Of a stretch of 35,450 nucleotides of DNA, positions 1-11,943 are shown piece by piece. This stretch comes from Archangium sp. (lineage in GTDB: Bacteria; Myxococcota; Myxococcia; Myxococcales; Myxococcaceae), in NCBI GenBank assembly GCA_031367385.1, contig JANLPS010000430.1, positions 1 through 35,450 on the forward strand, given 5' to 3'. Made by a program: the position numbers and the translations under genes. Position 1 is the first letter of the stretch. The number at the start of each line of letters is the position of its first letter. The notes under the pieces were generated by a model. It ran no database searches. It saw only the letters and a program-made list of their open reading frames with translations, and was not told where the DNA came from.

Positions 1-321
1 CCGGGTGCCACATTCGCAGCGCCACACTTTGGCCCGCTCCCCGGCCTCTTGGGTCGCGACGAGCAGCAGCTGATCAGCCGTGCGAAGCAATGCCGGGAGG
101 TCGGTCGGAGGCTGTGCGAACACCGCCAAAGCCTTGTCGCCCAGCATGTCGCGCGCGCGTTCGAGGGTCTTGTAGCCGCGGTATTCGACGCCCGCCAACG
201 CCCGGTCGAGCATGTCGCCGTGTGGTTCGGCCTCGGGCCGCAGCGGCTCGACCGCGACCTGGGTCTCGCCCTTCTTGGGCTCGAGCAACTGCCAACCGGG
301 CACTGAATAAAAACGAAACAT
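1..321 (-). CDS. Hypothetical protein, N-terminal 107 codons, runs off the left edge (MFRFYSVPGWQLLEPKKGETQVAVEPLRAEAEPHGDMLDRALAGVEYRG...RAKVWRCECGTR); possible Zn-ribbon begins at CxCG
   Basis: Translated by hand and absent from the ORF track because it is open-ended. ATG at 321 lies 3 nt after the nadA stop, the frame is open to position 1, and third codon positions are G/C-rich. Confidence 0.75.
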   Translation of the reverse strand, partial: MFRFYSVPGWQLLEPKKGETQVAVEPLRPEAEPHGDMLDRALAGVEYRGYKTLERARDMLGDKALAVFAQPPTDLPALLRTADQLLLVATQEAGERAKVWRCECGTR

Positions 322-324
322 GGG

Positions 325-1242
325 TCAGCTCCACTCGAGCATCAGCTTTAACGGTTTCAACGCGGCTTCACCGAGACCGGGCGGCATCTCGAGCTTTGGC
401 GTCTTGTCTCGCATGCAGCGGTACAGTTTCTCCAGCGTATTCAGGCGCATGTGAGGGCATTCGTTGCACGCGCACCCATTGTCTGGCGGAGCGGGGATGA
501 ACGTCTTGCCCGGCGAGGCCAGCTGCATCTGATGCAAGATGCCCGCTTCGGTCACCACGATGAACTTCTGTTTCGGGCTGGTCTTGGTGAATTCGAGCAG
601 GCCCTTGGTCGAGCCGATGAAGTCAGCATGGGCCAGCACCGCTGCTTCGCATTCGGGGTGCGCGATCACTGCCGCGTCGGGGTGCTCAACTTTCAGCTGT
701 ACCAATTTTTTCTCGCTGAAGATCTCGTGCACCATGCAGCTGCCCGGCCACAACACCATCTCTCGGCCGGTCTGCTTGCTCACGTAGCGGCCCAGGTGCT
801 GGTCGGGGGCGAAGAGAATCGGCCGGTCTGCGGGTATCTTGCTGACGATCTTCACCGCGTTCGAGCTGGTCACGATCACGTCGCTTACCGCTTTGACCGC
901 CGCCGATGAGTTCACGTAGGTGACGACGAAGTGGTTCGGGTACTTGCCGACGAATTCTTTGAAGCGGTCGGGCGGGCAGCGGTCTGAGAGCGAGCACCCC
1001 GCCTTCAAGTCGGGCAACAACACGAGCTTGCCGGGGTTCAAGATCTTCGCGGTCTCGGCCATGAAGTGAACGCCGCAGAAGACGATCACATCGGCCTTGG
1101 TCTTCTCGGCCTGCTGGGCCAGCGCGAGTGAGTCGCCCACGAAGTCGGCGACGTCTTGAATCTCACTCTCCTGGTAATAGTGCGCGAGAATGACGGCGTT
1201 CAGCTCCTTCTTCAGCCGAACGATTTCCTGCTCGAAATCCAT
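325..1242 (-). CDS. nadA: Quinolinate synthase A
   Basis: [41 protein letters not shown] and CNECPHM motifs typical of the [4Fe-4S] NadA family. Confidence 0.97.
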   Translation of the reverse strand: MDFEQEIVRLKKELNAVILAHYYQESEIQDVADFVGDSLALAQQAEKTKADVIVFCGVHFMAETAKILNPGKLVLLPDLKAGCSLSDRCPPDRFKEFVGKYPNHFVVTYVNSSAAVKAVSDVIVTSSNAVKIVSKIPADRPILFAPDQHLGRYVSKQTGREMVLWPGSCMVHEIFSEKKLVQLKVEHPDAAVIAHPECEAAVLAHADFIGSTKGLLEFTKTSPKQKFIVVTEAGILHQMQLASPGKTFIPAPPDNGCACNECPHMRLNTLEKLYRCMRDKTPKLEMPPGLGEAALKPLKLMLEWS

Positions 1243-1285
1243 GGGCTGCGGTCTAACGCGCTTCGGCGGCGAAATCGCCCGAAAC

Positions 1286-3022
1286 TCACTCGGCCGTTTC
1301 TTCGACCAGCAGCTGGTAGCTGTCTTGAAAGTTGGCCTCGCGGTTCTTCGCGTCGCGCACCTCGAGCACGTAGAGCCCGGGGTCGGCTGAATACCGAATG
1401 TTTTCGGCCTTCTCGCCCTTCGCGCTGTCGCTGGTCTGCACCAGGGTCAGCTTGCCGTCAGCCTCGACGCGGTGAAGGTACAGACCTACATCGACCTTCA
1501 AGATGCCGAGCAGGGTGGCGGTGATGGCCGTCTTCACTGGCTTCTCGCGCAGGTCGAGCGCGAAGTAGTCGACGTCTTTCTTCGGGTACACCGTGCCGCG
1601 AATCGGCTTACCCAGCGCAATCGGAGTCGCCTGCGCCGACGCATTGTTGGGCTCGTGCTCTTCGCTGCCGTCATCGGGGCTCACCACCGCCGAGAGCTTG
1701 TAGGCCTGGTCACCATTCTCGTCGTCGCGCACCCACTTGCCATCGACCTTCTTCGCCGGCGTGTCGATGCGAATCAGGCAGCTGCCGTTGCAGTACACGT
1801 CATTGAGCTGCTCAGGCTCTTTGACGCCGCCCTCGTTCGCGCGCAGCACGGTCTCTTCGGGTTTGCCATCGACGGGCTTCACCACCGAGAGCACCAGGTC
1901 GAGCTTCTCGACGCCGGTCAGTTGCAACCGAGCGACCGAGGGGCCGTCGGTGACCAGGCGAAAGTAGTCGACGTCTCCGCGCGGAGAGATGAACCCTTCA
2001 CGCGAGCTGTTCGCCGGCAGGTCAGTCGCTTTCGCGGCTTCGTCATTGGGCTCGAACTCGGTCGTGCCGCTGGCCTCTTCAGGCGAGACGGTGAGGGTGT
2101 AGTAGGTGCTCGCGCTGAAGCCTTTCTTGCCGGCCGATTTGAGCACCACGTAGAGCACGTGATCATTCGCGCGAACGCCGACGTTGCGAAGCGAGAGCCC
2201 CGCGCCTTCTGCCGACTTCGCCGAGAACAGCACCGCCTCGGCCTCGGTGAGGAGCTGCAGCTCGAAAGCGACCCCGTCGATCGGAGACACGTCGATTCGC
2301 AGCGCGAGCTTCTTCTCGACCACCGCCACTGGCGCTCCAGCGTCTTCAATTGGCGCAGCGGGCCCCGAATCGAGCTCGTCGGGCATCGGTGAAGCGCCTG
2401 CATCGAACGCGTCAGGCGAGGTCAGCTCGTAGCGAAACCAGTCTTGGTCGGCGCCGTGGGCGATGAAGCCCGAGACCGCCTGGCCCAGCTGAACCGCCGT
2501 CGCGTCGACCTTGCGATCGTTGGGCTCGAGCTCGAACCCGGGGCTTCGATCGTGAAAGGTCGCGGTGAGTACATACGCCCCGCCGGCGCCCTTCTTGAGG
2601 CCCACCACCCGCACGAACGCGCGGCCCGAGACGTCGAGGTTCGGGTAGCGCTCAGAGGCTCCGACGCCGGCCGCGTTGACGCTCGTCAATACTGCGCGGG
2701 TCTCATCGACGATCTCGAGGGCCACGTCGGTGCCGGGAGGGCAGGTGACCGTCAAGTCGACCGTCTTCGGCAGGCTGGCCTTGAGCAGGTACCAGTCTTC
2801 ATCGGGCTTGGCGGGGTCGGCGCTCAGGTTGCCCTCGACGATTGACGAGCGCTCGAGGCTCAGCGCGTTCGACGGGCCGTCGTTGGGCTCCTTCTCGGCC
2901 AGAATCGGAGGCCCGGCATCCACCGCTCCGGCGTCAGCAGCTTGGCCTGCGCCACAGCGGTCACAGGCGGCGAGCGCGCAGACCATCAAAGTCGTCAAAA
3001 CCAATCGCATGCGAGGTGTCAT
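1286..3022 (-). CDS. Lipoprotein with four tandem PPC-like (pre-peptidase C-terminal) beta-sandwich domains
   Basis: Signal peptide with lipobox LAA-C; four ExEPN(D/N) motifs (EKEPND, ELEPND, EFEPND, EHEPNN), each followed by a DxD(W/Y)(F/Y) motif. Confidence 0.75.
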   Translation of the reverse strand: MTPRMRLVLTTLMVCALAACDRCGAGQAADAGAVDAGPPILAEKEPNDGPSNALSLERSSIVEGNLSADPAKPDEDWYLLKASLPKTVDLTVTCPPGTDVALEIVDETRAVLTSVNAAGVGASERYPNLDVSGRAFVRVVGLKKGAGGAYVLTATFHDRSPGFELEPNDRKVDATAVQLGQAVSGFIAHGADQDWFRYELTSPDAFDAGASPMPDELDSGPAAPIEDAGAPVAVVEKKLALRIDVSPIDGVAFELQLLTEAEAVLFSAKSAEGAGLSLRNVGVRANDHVLYVVLKSAGKKGFSASTYYTLTVSPEEASGTTEFEPNDEAAKATDLPANSSREGFISPRGDVDYFRLVTDGPSVARLQLTGVEKLDLVLSVVKPVDGKPEETVLRANEGGVKEPEQLNDVYCNGSCLIRIDTPAKKVDGKWVRDDENGDQAYKLSAVVSPDDGSEEHEPNNASAQATPIALGKPIRGTVYPKKDVDYFALDLREKPVKTAITATLLGILKVDVGLYLHRVEADGKLTLVQTSDSAKGEKAENIRYSADPGLYVLEVRDAKNREANFQDSYQLLVEETAE

Positions 3023-3091
3023 GCCACGCGCGCGCCACCTCGCAAGAAGTGAATTCTTTCGCGTGCCTTCAGAGCAAGAGATAGTGCCGAC

Positions 3092-3934
3092 ATGGTTACC
3101 TCGCGAACGCTGTCAGTGCTGGTCTGCGTCACGTCGCTGCCGTCATTCGCGGGCACCGTGGGGTTCGCGCAGGCCACCGGGTACTACAAAAAAGACACCC
3201 GGCCGACCCTCTACCAGCCCCTCAACCTGCTCGACGCGCGCGATGCGACGGCCTGGTGCAGCACCACCTCAGACCCGCTCAATGATCAGCTCACCGTGGG
3301 GTTCAACGGAGTGACCAAGTTAGAAGAGCTGCGCATCTCGAGCGGCAACGGCTTCGACCAGCACACCTGGGAGCAGTTCGCCCGCGCCCGCAAGGTCGTG
3401 ATCAAGAGCGGCAAGCAATCGAAGACCATCGAGCTCGAAGACAAGCGGGGGCCTCAGACGATTTCACTCGACCCGCCGATGTCAGGCACGCGCTTCACCA
3501 TCGAGGTGCTCGATCAATACCCGGCCGATGACCCCGAGGCGCCGACCTGCTTGACCGACGTGGTCTTCGTGTCAGACGGCAAGACGCTCAACGGGCCCTA
3601 CCTGACCTCGAAGCTCAAGTACGACAAGTCAATCGCCGGCATTCTGGGGGTCTGGTTCGCTGGGTTCGCGAACACGCCCGACCGATTCTTGGCCTTCAAC
3701 TTCGATGGCACATTTCGGTACAGCTACGAGCCGTTCGAGACCAACCGGGCGACGCCGAAGACGATTGAGGGCACCTACGACGTGACCTCGTCACGGCTGG
3801 TGCTGCAGACGGGCGGCAAGCGGTACGTGCTCAAGTACTCGAAAGACCCCGCGAAGAAGGGGCCCGGTTCGGTGCTGAGCTTCGAGGGTGACCCGCCTGA
3901 TGACCTCAAGGGGCCATTTCGCAGCACGCCGTGA
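3092..3934 (+). CDS. Secreted protein with a discoidin/NADase-type glycan-binding-like domain
   Basis: N-terminal signal peptide; NLLDARDATAWC, I(S)SGNG and IEVLDQYP motifs resembling the galactose-binding/discoidin-like fold. Confidence 0.6.
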   Translation: MVTSRTLSVLVCVTSLPSFAGTVGFAQATGYYKKDTRPTLYQPLNLLDARDATAWCSTTSDPLNDQLTVGFNGVTKLEELRISSGNGFDQHTWEQFARARKVVIKSGKQSKTIELEDKRGPQTISLDPPMSGTRFTIEVLDQYPADDPEAPTCLTDVVFVSDGKTLNGPYLTSKLKYDKSIAGILGVWFAGFANTPDRFLAFNFDGTFRYSYEPFETNRATPKTIEGTYDVTSSRLVLQTGGKRYVLKYSKDPAKKGPGSVLSFEGDPPDDLKGPFRSTP

Positions 3935-3937
3935 AAC

Positions 3938-4339
3938 TTACGCGTGAGCGACTTTGCGAACGCCGAGCAGGCGGCTCGCGAAGTGGGTGAAGAAGTCGAT
4001 GATCTCGGTCTGGGCCGACGCGAAGTCGGTCACGTTCTCGAACTCAGATTCGAGAAACACACCGCCGCATGATTCGCAGGAGTCGTAGTCGAGCGGGTGG
4101 CTGCGCTCGCCGCCCTCGACTTGCACCAGGTCGACCTGGCAATCGGGGCACTGGCCACTGAGTGCATCGGGGTTCAAGCGACCGCCCAGCGTCTCGAGGC
4201 CGGGCAGGTTGTTGTGCAGCAAGATGCGATTGAGGTCAGAGACATCGACCCAGAGGCCTCCACACTCCCCACATTTGCGCAGCGTCTGATCGTTCCCAAC
4301 CAAATCGACCATTTCGACGCCGCAGCCTGGGCAATCCAT
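3938..4339 (-). CDS. Double zinc-ribbon (zf-TFIIB-like) protein
   Basis: CPGC...CGECGGLW and CPDC...CESCGGVF. Start placed at MDCPGC (alternative ATG 4348); the ORF track start at 4408 is probably too long. Confidence 0.8.
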   Translation of the reverse strand: MDCPGCGVEMVDLVGNDQTLRKCGECGGLWVDVSDLNRILLHNNLPGLETLGGRLNPDALSGQCPDCQVDLVQVEGGERSHPLDYDSCESCGGVFLESEFENVTDFASAQTEIIDFFTHFASRLLGVRKVAHA

Positions 4340-4423
4340 TGTGGCCATCAACCTTTGAAAGAGGGTCTTCAAGAGTAGGGCTCGCGCTTCGTTTCGCGCA
4401 AGCCACACACTGAAGTGTAGGTG

Positions 4424-4882
4424 TCAGGGAGCTGAATGACCGAGCATGAAGTCGACCAGGCGGCCGGCCTCTTTTTGGAAGTCGCCACGTGAAGGCCCGT
4501 AATTCTTGACCTCGGCCTCGGTGACGAACCCATCAGGCTCATTGGCGGGGCGAGCCGGGCGCTTGGTGCCTTTGTACTCGTCGATTTTTTTCAGCTGGTC
4601 GACCGCCATCGACATCGCGAACTTCACCTCGTCGACGTCCATGAATGCGCGCGCCCGGTCTTTTTCACTCGCGGGAATCTCGGGGTCGTTGTTCACCGAA
4701 ATGCGGTGGTTGAGGTGCTCGCGCAGCAAGGCGCCGGTCTCGCGCCGCGTGATCACGCCATCGGCCGAAGCCTGGTGAATCTCGGCCGTGGTCAGGCCAT
4801 TCTTGTTGGTGTCGGCGCGACGGGCGGCGGCCACGAGCGCACGACCGGCAACGACGGCTCGGCTGATTTCGATGGTCTTCAC
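4424..4882 (-). CDS. Hypothetical protein with EF-hand-like motifs and no clear signal peptide
   Basis: GTG start with GAGG upstream; motifs DTNKNGLTTAE, ADGVITRRE and PDGFVTEAE. Confidence 0.65.
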   Translation of the reverse strand: MKTIEISRAVVAGRALVAAARRADTNKNGLTTAEIHQASADGVITRRETGALLREHLNHRISVNNDPEIPASEKDRARAFMDVDEVKFAMSMAVDQLKKIDEYKGTKRPARPANEPDGFVTEAEVKNYGPSRGDFQKEAGRLVDFMLGHSAP

Positions 4883-4925
4883 GGAGGGCCTCTTTCGACG
4901 CGAAAAGTGGGGTGCGTCAATGTAG

Positions 4926-4952
4926 GTATCGTCGCGGCCAGCCAGAAGTTTC
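4926..4952 (-). promoter_or_regulatory. Putative sigma28 (FliA)-like promoter GAAA-N15-GACGATAC
   Basis: Resembles TAAA-N15-GCCGATAA with exact 15-nt spacing; lies in the murA/4882 intergenic gap about 45 nt upstream of the GTG. Confidence 0.4.
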
Positions 4953-4962
4953 GGCTCGATGT

Positions 4963-6231
4963 TCAGCGTTCTTTGACCCGCTTCACGTCGCCGCCCAGCG
5001 CTCGCAGCTTCTTTTCGAGCCGGTCGTACCCGCGATCGAGGTGGTAAACCCTCGAAACTGTTGTCGTACCCTTCGCGTGGAGCCCGGCCAGCACCAGTGA
5101 CGCGGAGGCGCGCAGGTCTGTGGCCATCACGGGGGCGCCTGAGAGCCGAGGCACTCCGCGAATGACGGCGGTGTGCCCGTCGACGGTGATGTCGGCGCCC
5201 ATTCGGCGCAGCTCGGCCACGTGCATGTACCGGTTCTCGAAGATGTTCTCGGTGATCACGCTGGTGCCTTCGGCGGTCGCGAGCAACGCCATCAGCTGCG
5301 CCTGCATGTCGGTGGGAAAACCGGGGTGCTCCTGGGTCTTGATGTCGACCGGCTTGACCCGCGACGGAGCCACCAGCCGAATGCCGTCACCCTCGCTGGT
5401 CACCACGCACCCGGTCGCGCGCAGCTTGGCGATCACCGCCTCGAGGTGCTCTGGCACCGCGTGACGGACCAACACATCGCCGCCGGTGATCGCCGCCGCG
5501 ACGAGCAGGGTGCCCGTCTCGATTCGGTCGGGGATGATCGCGTGATCGACCGGCCGGAGATCATCGACGCCGTCGACGGTGATGAGGTCGCTGCCCGCGC
5601 CTGAAATCTGCGCGCCCATTTTGTTGAGCACGTTGGCCAGCTCTTCGACCTCGGGCTCGCGCGCGGCGTTCTCGATGATCGTGCGGCCCTTGGCGAGCAC
5701 CGCGGCCATCAGCACGTTCTCGGTGCCGGTGACGGTGATCAAATCGAAAGTGACCGTGCCTCCGCGCAACCGCTTGGCCCGCGCCTCCACGTAGCCTTCG
5801 CTGAGCTCAATTTCGGCGCCGAGCGCCTCGAGCCCCTTGAGGTGCTGATCAATCGGCCGGGCACCAATCGCGCAGCCGCCGGGCATCGACACGCGGGCGC
5901 GGCCGTAGCGAGCGACCAGCGGCCCCAACACCAGCACCGAGGCCCGCATCGTCTTGACCAGCTCGTACGGCGCCTCGGGGTTGACCTTGGTCGGCACCCG
6001 AATGTGCACCACGTCTTTTTTCTTACCGGTCAGGCGCTCGGCTTCGCAGCCCATCGCGTTGAGCACCTTGAACATGGTGTTCACGTCGACCAGGCCGGGC
6101 ACGTTGCGAAAGACGTGATCTCCCGGGGCCAGCAACGCCGACGCGATGATCGGCAGCGCCGCGTTCTTCGCCCCCGACGCGAATGTCTCGCCCTTCAACG
6201 GCCCATTGCCCTCGACCACAATCGCGTCCAT
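4963..6231 (-). CDS. murA: UDP-N-acetylglucosamine 1-carboxyvinyltransferase
   Basis: [27 protein letters not shown] (catalytic Cys), [18 protein letters not shown] and HLDRGY motifs. Confidence 0.98.
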   Translation of the reverse strand: MDAIVVEGNGPLKGETFASGAKNAALPIIASALLAPGDHVFRNVPGLVDVNTMFKVLNAMGCEAERLTGKKKDVVHIRVPTKVNPEAPYELVKTMRASVLVLGPLVARYGRARVSMPGGCAIGARPIDQHLKGLEALGAEIELSEGYVEARAKRLRGGTVTFDLITVTGTENVLMAAVLAKGRTIIENAAREPEVEELANVLNKMGAQISGAGSDLITVDGVDDLRPVDHAIIPDRIETGTLLVAAAITGGDVLVRHAVPEHLEAVIAKLRATGCVVTSEGDGIRLVAPSRVKPVDIKTQEHPGFPTDMQAQLMALLATAEGTSVITENIFENRYMHVAELRRMGADITVDGHTAVIRGVPRLSGAPVMATDLRASASLVLAGLHAKGTTTVSRVYHLDRGYDRLEKKLRALGGDVKRVKER

Positions 6232-7097
6232 CAGATGCCTTTCGCTGCGCGACCAAAGACCATGCGGTCGCGCCGTTCGAGATCGAGCTCCACGCGAACC
6301 TCGTGGTAGCCCGCCCGCGTCAAGAGCTCCGACGTGGCGGGCCCCTGGTCTTCGCCCACCTCGAGTGCAAGCAAGCCGCCAGGCTTCAATCTCGGCATGG
6401 CGTCGGTCGCGATTCGGCGAATCAGGTCGAGGCCATCGGCGCCTCCGTCGAGCGCGACCCGGGGCTCTTGCCGCACTTCTTTCTGCAGCGTCGCGAGCTC
6501 TGAGGTCTTCACGTACGGAGGGTTCGAGACGATCACGTCGAACGTGGGACCCACCGGCACCGCCGCGAACAGATCACCCTGCATGAAGGTCACCCGCGCA
6601 CCCGTGCCGAGGGCTTCGGCGTTGCTGCGAGCGACCTCGAGTGCGTTCTCCATGAGGTCGGTGGCCCACACCGACGCCTGTGGCCGCTCGGCCGCGATGC
6701 TCAACGCGATACAGCCCGAGCCCGTACACACATCGAGCACCCGCGTGGGATTCTCTTTGGGCAGCGCCCTCAAGACCGCCTCGACCAGCAGCTCCGTCTC
6801 GTTGCGAGGTATCAGCACCCGCTTGTCGACCGCGAACTGCCGCCCGTAGAACTCGCGCGTGCCCATCAAATACTGGGTCGGTTCGTGCGCCAGCCGCCGC
6901 TGAATCATCGCCTTGTACTGCGCGAGCTCTTCTTTTTGCAGCGGGCGATCGAGGTCGACGTACAGCTTGACCCGGGTCACCTTGAGCAGGTGCGCGAGCA
7001 GCAATTCGGCGGTCAGTCGAGGCGCGTCGATCTCCTGCTTCTCGAAGTGCCCGCGCGTCCAATCGAGCACTTTTCGTACCGTCCACTCCTCGCTCAC
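6231..7097 (-). CDS. prmC: Release factor glutamine methyltransferase (HemK)
   Basis: [26 protein letters not shown] and ALDGGADGL motifs; immediately downstream of prfA. Confidence 0.96.
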   Translation of the reverse strand: MSEEWTVRKVLDWTRGHFEKQEIDAPRLTAELLLAHLLKVTRVKLYVDLDRPLQKEELAQYKAMIQRRLAHEPTQYLMGTREFYGRQFAVDKRVLIPRNETELLVEAVLRALPKENPTRVLDVCTGSGCIALSIAAERPQASVWATDLMENALEVARSNAEALGTGARVTFMQGDLFAAVPVGPTFDVIVSNPPYVKTSELATLQKEVRQEPRVALDGGADGLDLIRRIATDAMPRLKPGGLLALEVGEDQGPATSELLTRAGYHEVRVELDLERRDRMVFGRAAKGI

Positions 7098-8173
7098 GAA
7101 GGGCCGCCCGACTGCGAGGCCTTGAGCGCCTCGGCTCGAAAGTGCGTTCGCAGCGCGCCCATCAGGTCGTCGATGTCACCCGACATCACCGCTGGCAGGT
7201 TGTGACGGGTCAGCCCAATGCGATGATCGGTCAATCGATCTTGGGGAAAGTTGTAGGTGCGAATCTTCTCGGAGCGATCTCCAGTGCCGACCTGGCCCTT
7301 TCGCAACGCCTCGCGCTCGGAGCGAATCTTCTCCTGCTCGGCCTCGTACAGGCGGGTGCGCAAGATCTTCATCGCCATCGCCCGGTTCTTGGTCTGCGAC
7401 TTCTCTTGCTGGCACTTCACGACGATGCCGGTCGGCTTGTGAGTCAGCCGCACTGCCGAGTCAGTGGTGTTCACGCTCTGCCCGCCCGCGCCGGTCGAAC
7501 GCATCACGTCCATCTGAATGTCTGACTCTTTGAGCTGCACGTCGACGTCTTCGGCCTCTGGCATCACCGCCACCGAGATGGTCGAGGTATGAATGCGCCC
7601 CTGGGTCTCGGTCGCCGGCACCCGCTGCACGCGATGCACGCCCGACTCGTACTTCATCGACGAGTACACCGCGTCTCCCGCCAGCGTCAGCGTGGCGTCG
7701 CGAATGCCTCCGACGTTGCCGGGCGAGATGTCGACGATGTCGGCCTTCCACCCGCGGCGAAGGGCGAAGCGCAGGTACATCTGCATCACTTCTTCGGCGA
7801 ACAACGCGGCCTCGTCACCCCCAGCGGCGGCGCGAATTTCGATCAGCACGTCTTTGTCGTCGTTCGGGTCTTTGGGCAGCAGCAAGACCTTCAGCTCTTC
7901 TTCGAGCGCCTCTTTTTTGGCTCGCAGGCCCGGCAGCTCTTCTTTCGCCATTGCCCGAAAATCAGCCTCGCTCGACGCGAGCAGCTCTTCGTTGTCTTTC
8001 ACCTCGGTCGCGACCTTCTTGTAGGTGCGGTAGGTGTCGACCAGCTTCTCGAGCCCCGAGCGCTCGCGCGAGAGCTTCTGCAGCTTCATCGAATCAGAGA
8101 TGATCGAGGGGTTCGACAGGTCGGCGGTGAGCCGCTCGAACTTGCGTTCGACGTCTTCGAGCTTGTCGATCAC
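7094..8173 (-). CDS. prfA: Peptide chain release factor 1
   Basis: [23 protein letters not shown] (PxT recognition motif of RF1), GAGGQSVN and IRTYNFPQ. Start placed at GTG 8173 (VIDKLE); the ORF is open to 8203. Confidence 0.97.
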   Translation of the reverse strand: MIDKLEDVERKFERLTADLSNPSIISDSMKLQKLSRERSGLEKLVDTYRTYKKVATEVKDNEELLASSEADFRAMAKEELPGLRAKKEALEEELKVLLLPKDPNDDKDVLIEIRAAAGGDEAALFAEEVMQMYLRFALRRGWKADIVDISPGNVGGIRDATLTLAGDAVYSSMKYESGVHRVQRVPATETQGRIHTSTISVAVMPEAEDVDVQLKESDIQMDVMRSTGAGGQSVNTTDSAVRLTHKPTGIVVKCQQEKSQTKNRAMAMKILRTRLYEAEQEKIRSEREALRKGQVGTGDRSEKIRTYNFPQDRLTDHRIGLTRHNLPAVMSGDIDDLMGALRTHFRAEALKASQSGGPS

Positions 8174-8297
8174 AAGGGGCTCCCACGCATGGCGCGCGCT
8201 CATCGCACGTTTCGGTCAGAGACGAAACCGGTTGAAGGGGTGCCCTGCGTTGCGTACAAGGGCGCTTCGCACCGAATTTTTACACCCGGAGTCACCC

Positions 8298-8414
8298 ATG
8301 GCGGCAGTGAAGTCGAACCGTTCGAAGAAGAAGCTCAAGAATCGCGCGAAGACCAAGAAGCTCGTGCTCAAGCGCCGTCGCGTTCGTGCCCGCAAGGCCA
8401 AGGGCAAGTACTAA
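8298..8414 (+). CDS. 38-aa hyper-basic small protein MAAVKSNRSKKKLKNRAKTKKLVLKRRRVRARKAKGKY
   Basis: GGAG RBS at 8288-8291, ATG 8298, TAA 8412-8414; codons strongly biased to AAG/CGC/CGT as in highly expressed genes; hairpin downstream. Confidence 0.8.
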   Translation: MAAVKSNRSKKKLKNRAKTKKLVLKRRRVRARKAKGKY

Positions 8415-8430
8415 GCACCGCTGGTTTCGA

Positions 8431-8463
8431 GGGGCGCCAAAGGCCATCGGTTTCTGGCGCTCC
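8431..8463 (+). terminator. Possible stem-loop after the small basic gene (GGGGCGCCA...TGGCGCTCC)
   Basis: Inverted repeat with a G:U pair; no U-tract. Confidence 0.3.
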
Positions 8464-8536
8464 CGGTATGACTTGTGGGGCTGTGCGTTGTTCTGGTGAA
8501 GGCGAGGCTGTTCTCGCCCCTCCGGAGACCACGCCC

Positions 8537-9142
8537 ATGAACCGATTCACACCTGTTTTTTGTCTCGTCGCGGTGAGCGCATTGGCTGCTGCTCCCGACA
8601 AAGCCCACCCCACCGCAGACCCCCTCGATGACGTCGCCATGGGCCGAGTCGGTGAGATCTGGTTCAGCGACCGCATCGTCTCGCAGTTGGGGGCCAGTGG
8701 CCTCGAAGTGCGAAAGCAAAGCTACGGCGTGTGGAGCAACGTCGACTTCAGAGCCACCCTGAGCGGCAACACCATCGTGGTCGACAACGGCTACACCCAC
8801 GGTGAATTCGTCGCCCGGCGCGAGGGTGATGTGACGGTCTACGACGGCACCCTCGGGCTCGATTACCGCTACCCGGTCACCATTCGCATCTCGAAGCAGG
8901 CCATCGACATGCATTGGGGCTTCTACGAGCGGCACCTGACGGCCGAGTACTCGCCGCAGGCCCCCATCGACTGCATCTTCTACGCGCAGAGGGCCGGGCC
9001 CACCGTCGCCTTCAGCATCAACGACGAGCTCCAGGTCTGCGGAGCCGCCATCGATGGCACCCGCGCTCCGGTGCAGACGCTGCTCGGCTTTCTGACCAAC
9101 GGATTTCGCCGTTTCGATGCGAGCCCCGCCATACGTGGTTGA
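8537..9142 (+). CDS. Secreted hypothetical protein, beta-rich
   Basis: GGAG RBS before ATG 8537; signal peptide MNRFTPVFCLVAVSALA; corresponds to the 3' part of track ORF 7589..9142. Confidence 0.75.
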   Translation: MNRFTPVFCLVAVSALAAAPDKAHPTADPLDDVAMGRVGEIWFSDRIVSQLGASGLEVRKQSYGVWSNVDFRATLSGNTIVVDNGYTHGEFVARREGDVTVYDGTLGLDYRYPVTIRISKQAIDMHWGFYERHLTAEYSPQAPIDCIFYAQRAGPTVAFSINDELQVCGAAIDGTRAPVQTLLGFLTNGFRRFDASPAIRG

Positions 9143-9166
9143 CATTCGAGCCGTAATCCTTAATTT
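9139..9166 (+). promoter_or_regulatory. Sigma70-type promoter of groEL (TTGACA-N16-TAATTT)
   Basis: Perfect -35 TTGACA at 9139-9144 and a TAATTT -10-like hexamer at 9161-9166 abutting the CIRCE element. Confidence 0.65.
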
Positions 9167-9191
9167 GGCGCTCGCACATGGCGAGTGCCAA
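9165..9191 (+). promoter_or_regulatory. CIRCE operator (HrcA binding site)
   Basis: TTGGCGCTC-N9-GAGTGCCAA versus consensus TTAGCACTC-N9-GAGTGCTAA, directly upstream of groEL. Confidence 0.9.
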
Positions 9192-9206
9192 TCGGCTCGC
9201 CGGTGA

Positions 9207-10871
<1,665 letters not shown>

Positions 10872-10898
10872 TTCACTGATTTTCGGTGAGTTGCAGAG

Positions 10899-10947
10899 AA
10901 GGCGCCTCGATTCTCGAAAGATGAGAATCGGGGCGTTTCCGCATTTT
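10899..10947 (+). terminator. Intrinsic terminator after groEL
   Basis: GCGCCTCGATTCTC-GAAAGAT-GAGAATCGGGGCGT hairpin followed by TTCCGCATTTT. Confidence 0.8.
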
Positions 10948-11019
10948 GAGCCTCCGAATTGCGCACGAGTCTCTGCCAGGGGTTAGAATTTCGCTCCCTT
11001 CTCTGACCCGAGACCTCCT

Positions 11020-11460
11020 GTGGCCCAAACTCCTGCAATTCAAGCCCGTCGTGCCGATGCTTCCGGAGCCGGTGCAATCCCCACTCGTAAAGAGCTCGAA
11101 ACGCTTTCAAAGCGTCTCGATGGGGCGATGGCCGGTACCGCCCGGGCGAGGGAGGTTCGAGACATGATCTACGCGGAGCTCGGCGCGATAAACAAGCCGG
11201 GGGTCTACACGCCTAAAAGCCCGGCGCTCAAGAAAGAGATCGCCACTCTGCAGGCCCGCTTGGCGCCGGCCGACGCGGCCTTGCAAAAAGAGCTCGGCAA
11301 GCAGTACCAGGTCGAGCAGCAGGTGACCGCGGCGCTCGACAAGATTGCACCCGATCGGGAGCGATCGTACGGGGGCGGCATGGGCCCTCACGGGCGCAGC
11401 CCTCAAATTTGGATATCCACTGCTGAACAGTTAAGCGCCGTGCTGTCTCAGACGAAGTAG
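11020..11460 (+). CDS. Hypothetical protein, predicted helical/coiled-coil
   Basis: GTG start with a weak GAG upstream; fills the gap between the groEL terminator and the next gene; plausible codon usage. Confidence 0.6.
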   Translation: MAQTPAIQARRADASGAGAIPTRKELETLSKRLDGAMAGTARAREVRDMIYAELGAINKPGVYTPKSPALKKEIATLQARLAPADAALQKELGKQYQVEQQVTAALDKIAPDRERSYGGGMGPHGRSPQIWISTAEQLSAVLSQTK

Positions 11461-11502
11461 GAGTCGGGGCGTTTTCAGGCTCGTACGGTATGGTGCCGGC
11501 GA

Positions 11503-11943
11503 ATGTTTGGTCTGCCTCGCTTCTGTCTCTTCGCGTTGCTGCTCGCGGCCTGCCCAGGCCCGGCCGATGATGACTTGGTGTGCCCTTCGAGCCCCTCCGA
11601 GGTGACGCTCAGCTCGGGGTTGCAGCGCGAGGTGTTCGATGCCGACTGCAAGACCTGTCACAACCCCCAAGACGTCAGCAGCGGTGACTTCTCGACCGTC
11701 GAAAAAACCCGGGAGTGGACGGTCAATCGCAAATCGCAATTCGCGGGCACCGGCGCTCTGAAGGTGGTCGACCCGAAGAACCTGGCCAACAGCATTCTGT
11801 GGCTCAAGGTGCTCGGCGGCGACGCCACCGGCAAGAAAGGCCCGGGTGGAGAAAAAGTCTACGGGGCGATGCCGCTGGGGACCACTTTGACCGCGGCGAA
11901 GAAGGCCTCCCTCAAGAATTGGATTTGTTCAGGGGCCCAGTGA
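11503..11943 (+). CDS. Mono-heme c-type cytochrome lipoprotein
   Basis: Lipobox LAA-C, CKTCH heme-binding motif, distal AMPLG, C-terminal L..WI..GA helix. Confidence 0.8.
   Translation: MFGLPRFCLFALLLAACPGPADDDLVCPSSPSEVTLSSGLQREVFDADCKTCHNPQDVSSGDFSTVEKTREWTVNRKSQFAGTGALKVVDPKNLANSILWLKVLGGDATGKKGPGGEKVYGAMPLGTTLTAAKKASLKNWICSGAQ

Noticed and set aside
49..306. 85-aa plus-strand ORF
   Set aside because: Antisense shadow of the minus-strand gene starting at 321, which follows nadA and has better codon usage.
7094..8203. prfB with a programmed frameshift
   Set aside because: The PAT (PxT) motif and prmC linkage identify RF1, and the frame is uninterrupted.
7589..9142. 517-aa plus-strand ORF
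   Set aside because: The 5' part is antisense to prfA and overlaps the small basic gene. Only 8537..9142 has an RBS and signal peptide.
10959..10989. Sigma70 promoter TTGCGC...TAGAAT before the 11020 gene
   Set aside because: 19-nt spacer and weak -35; not enough support to call.
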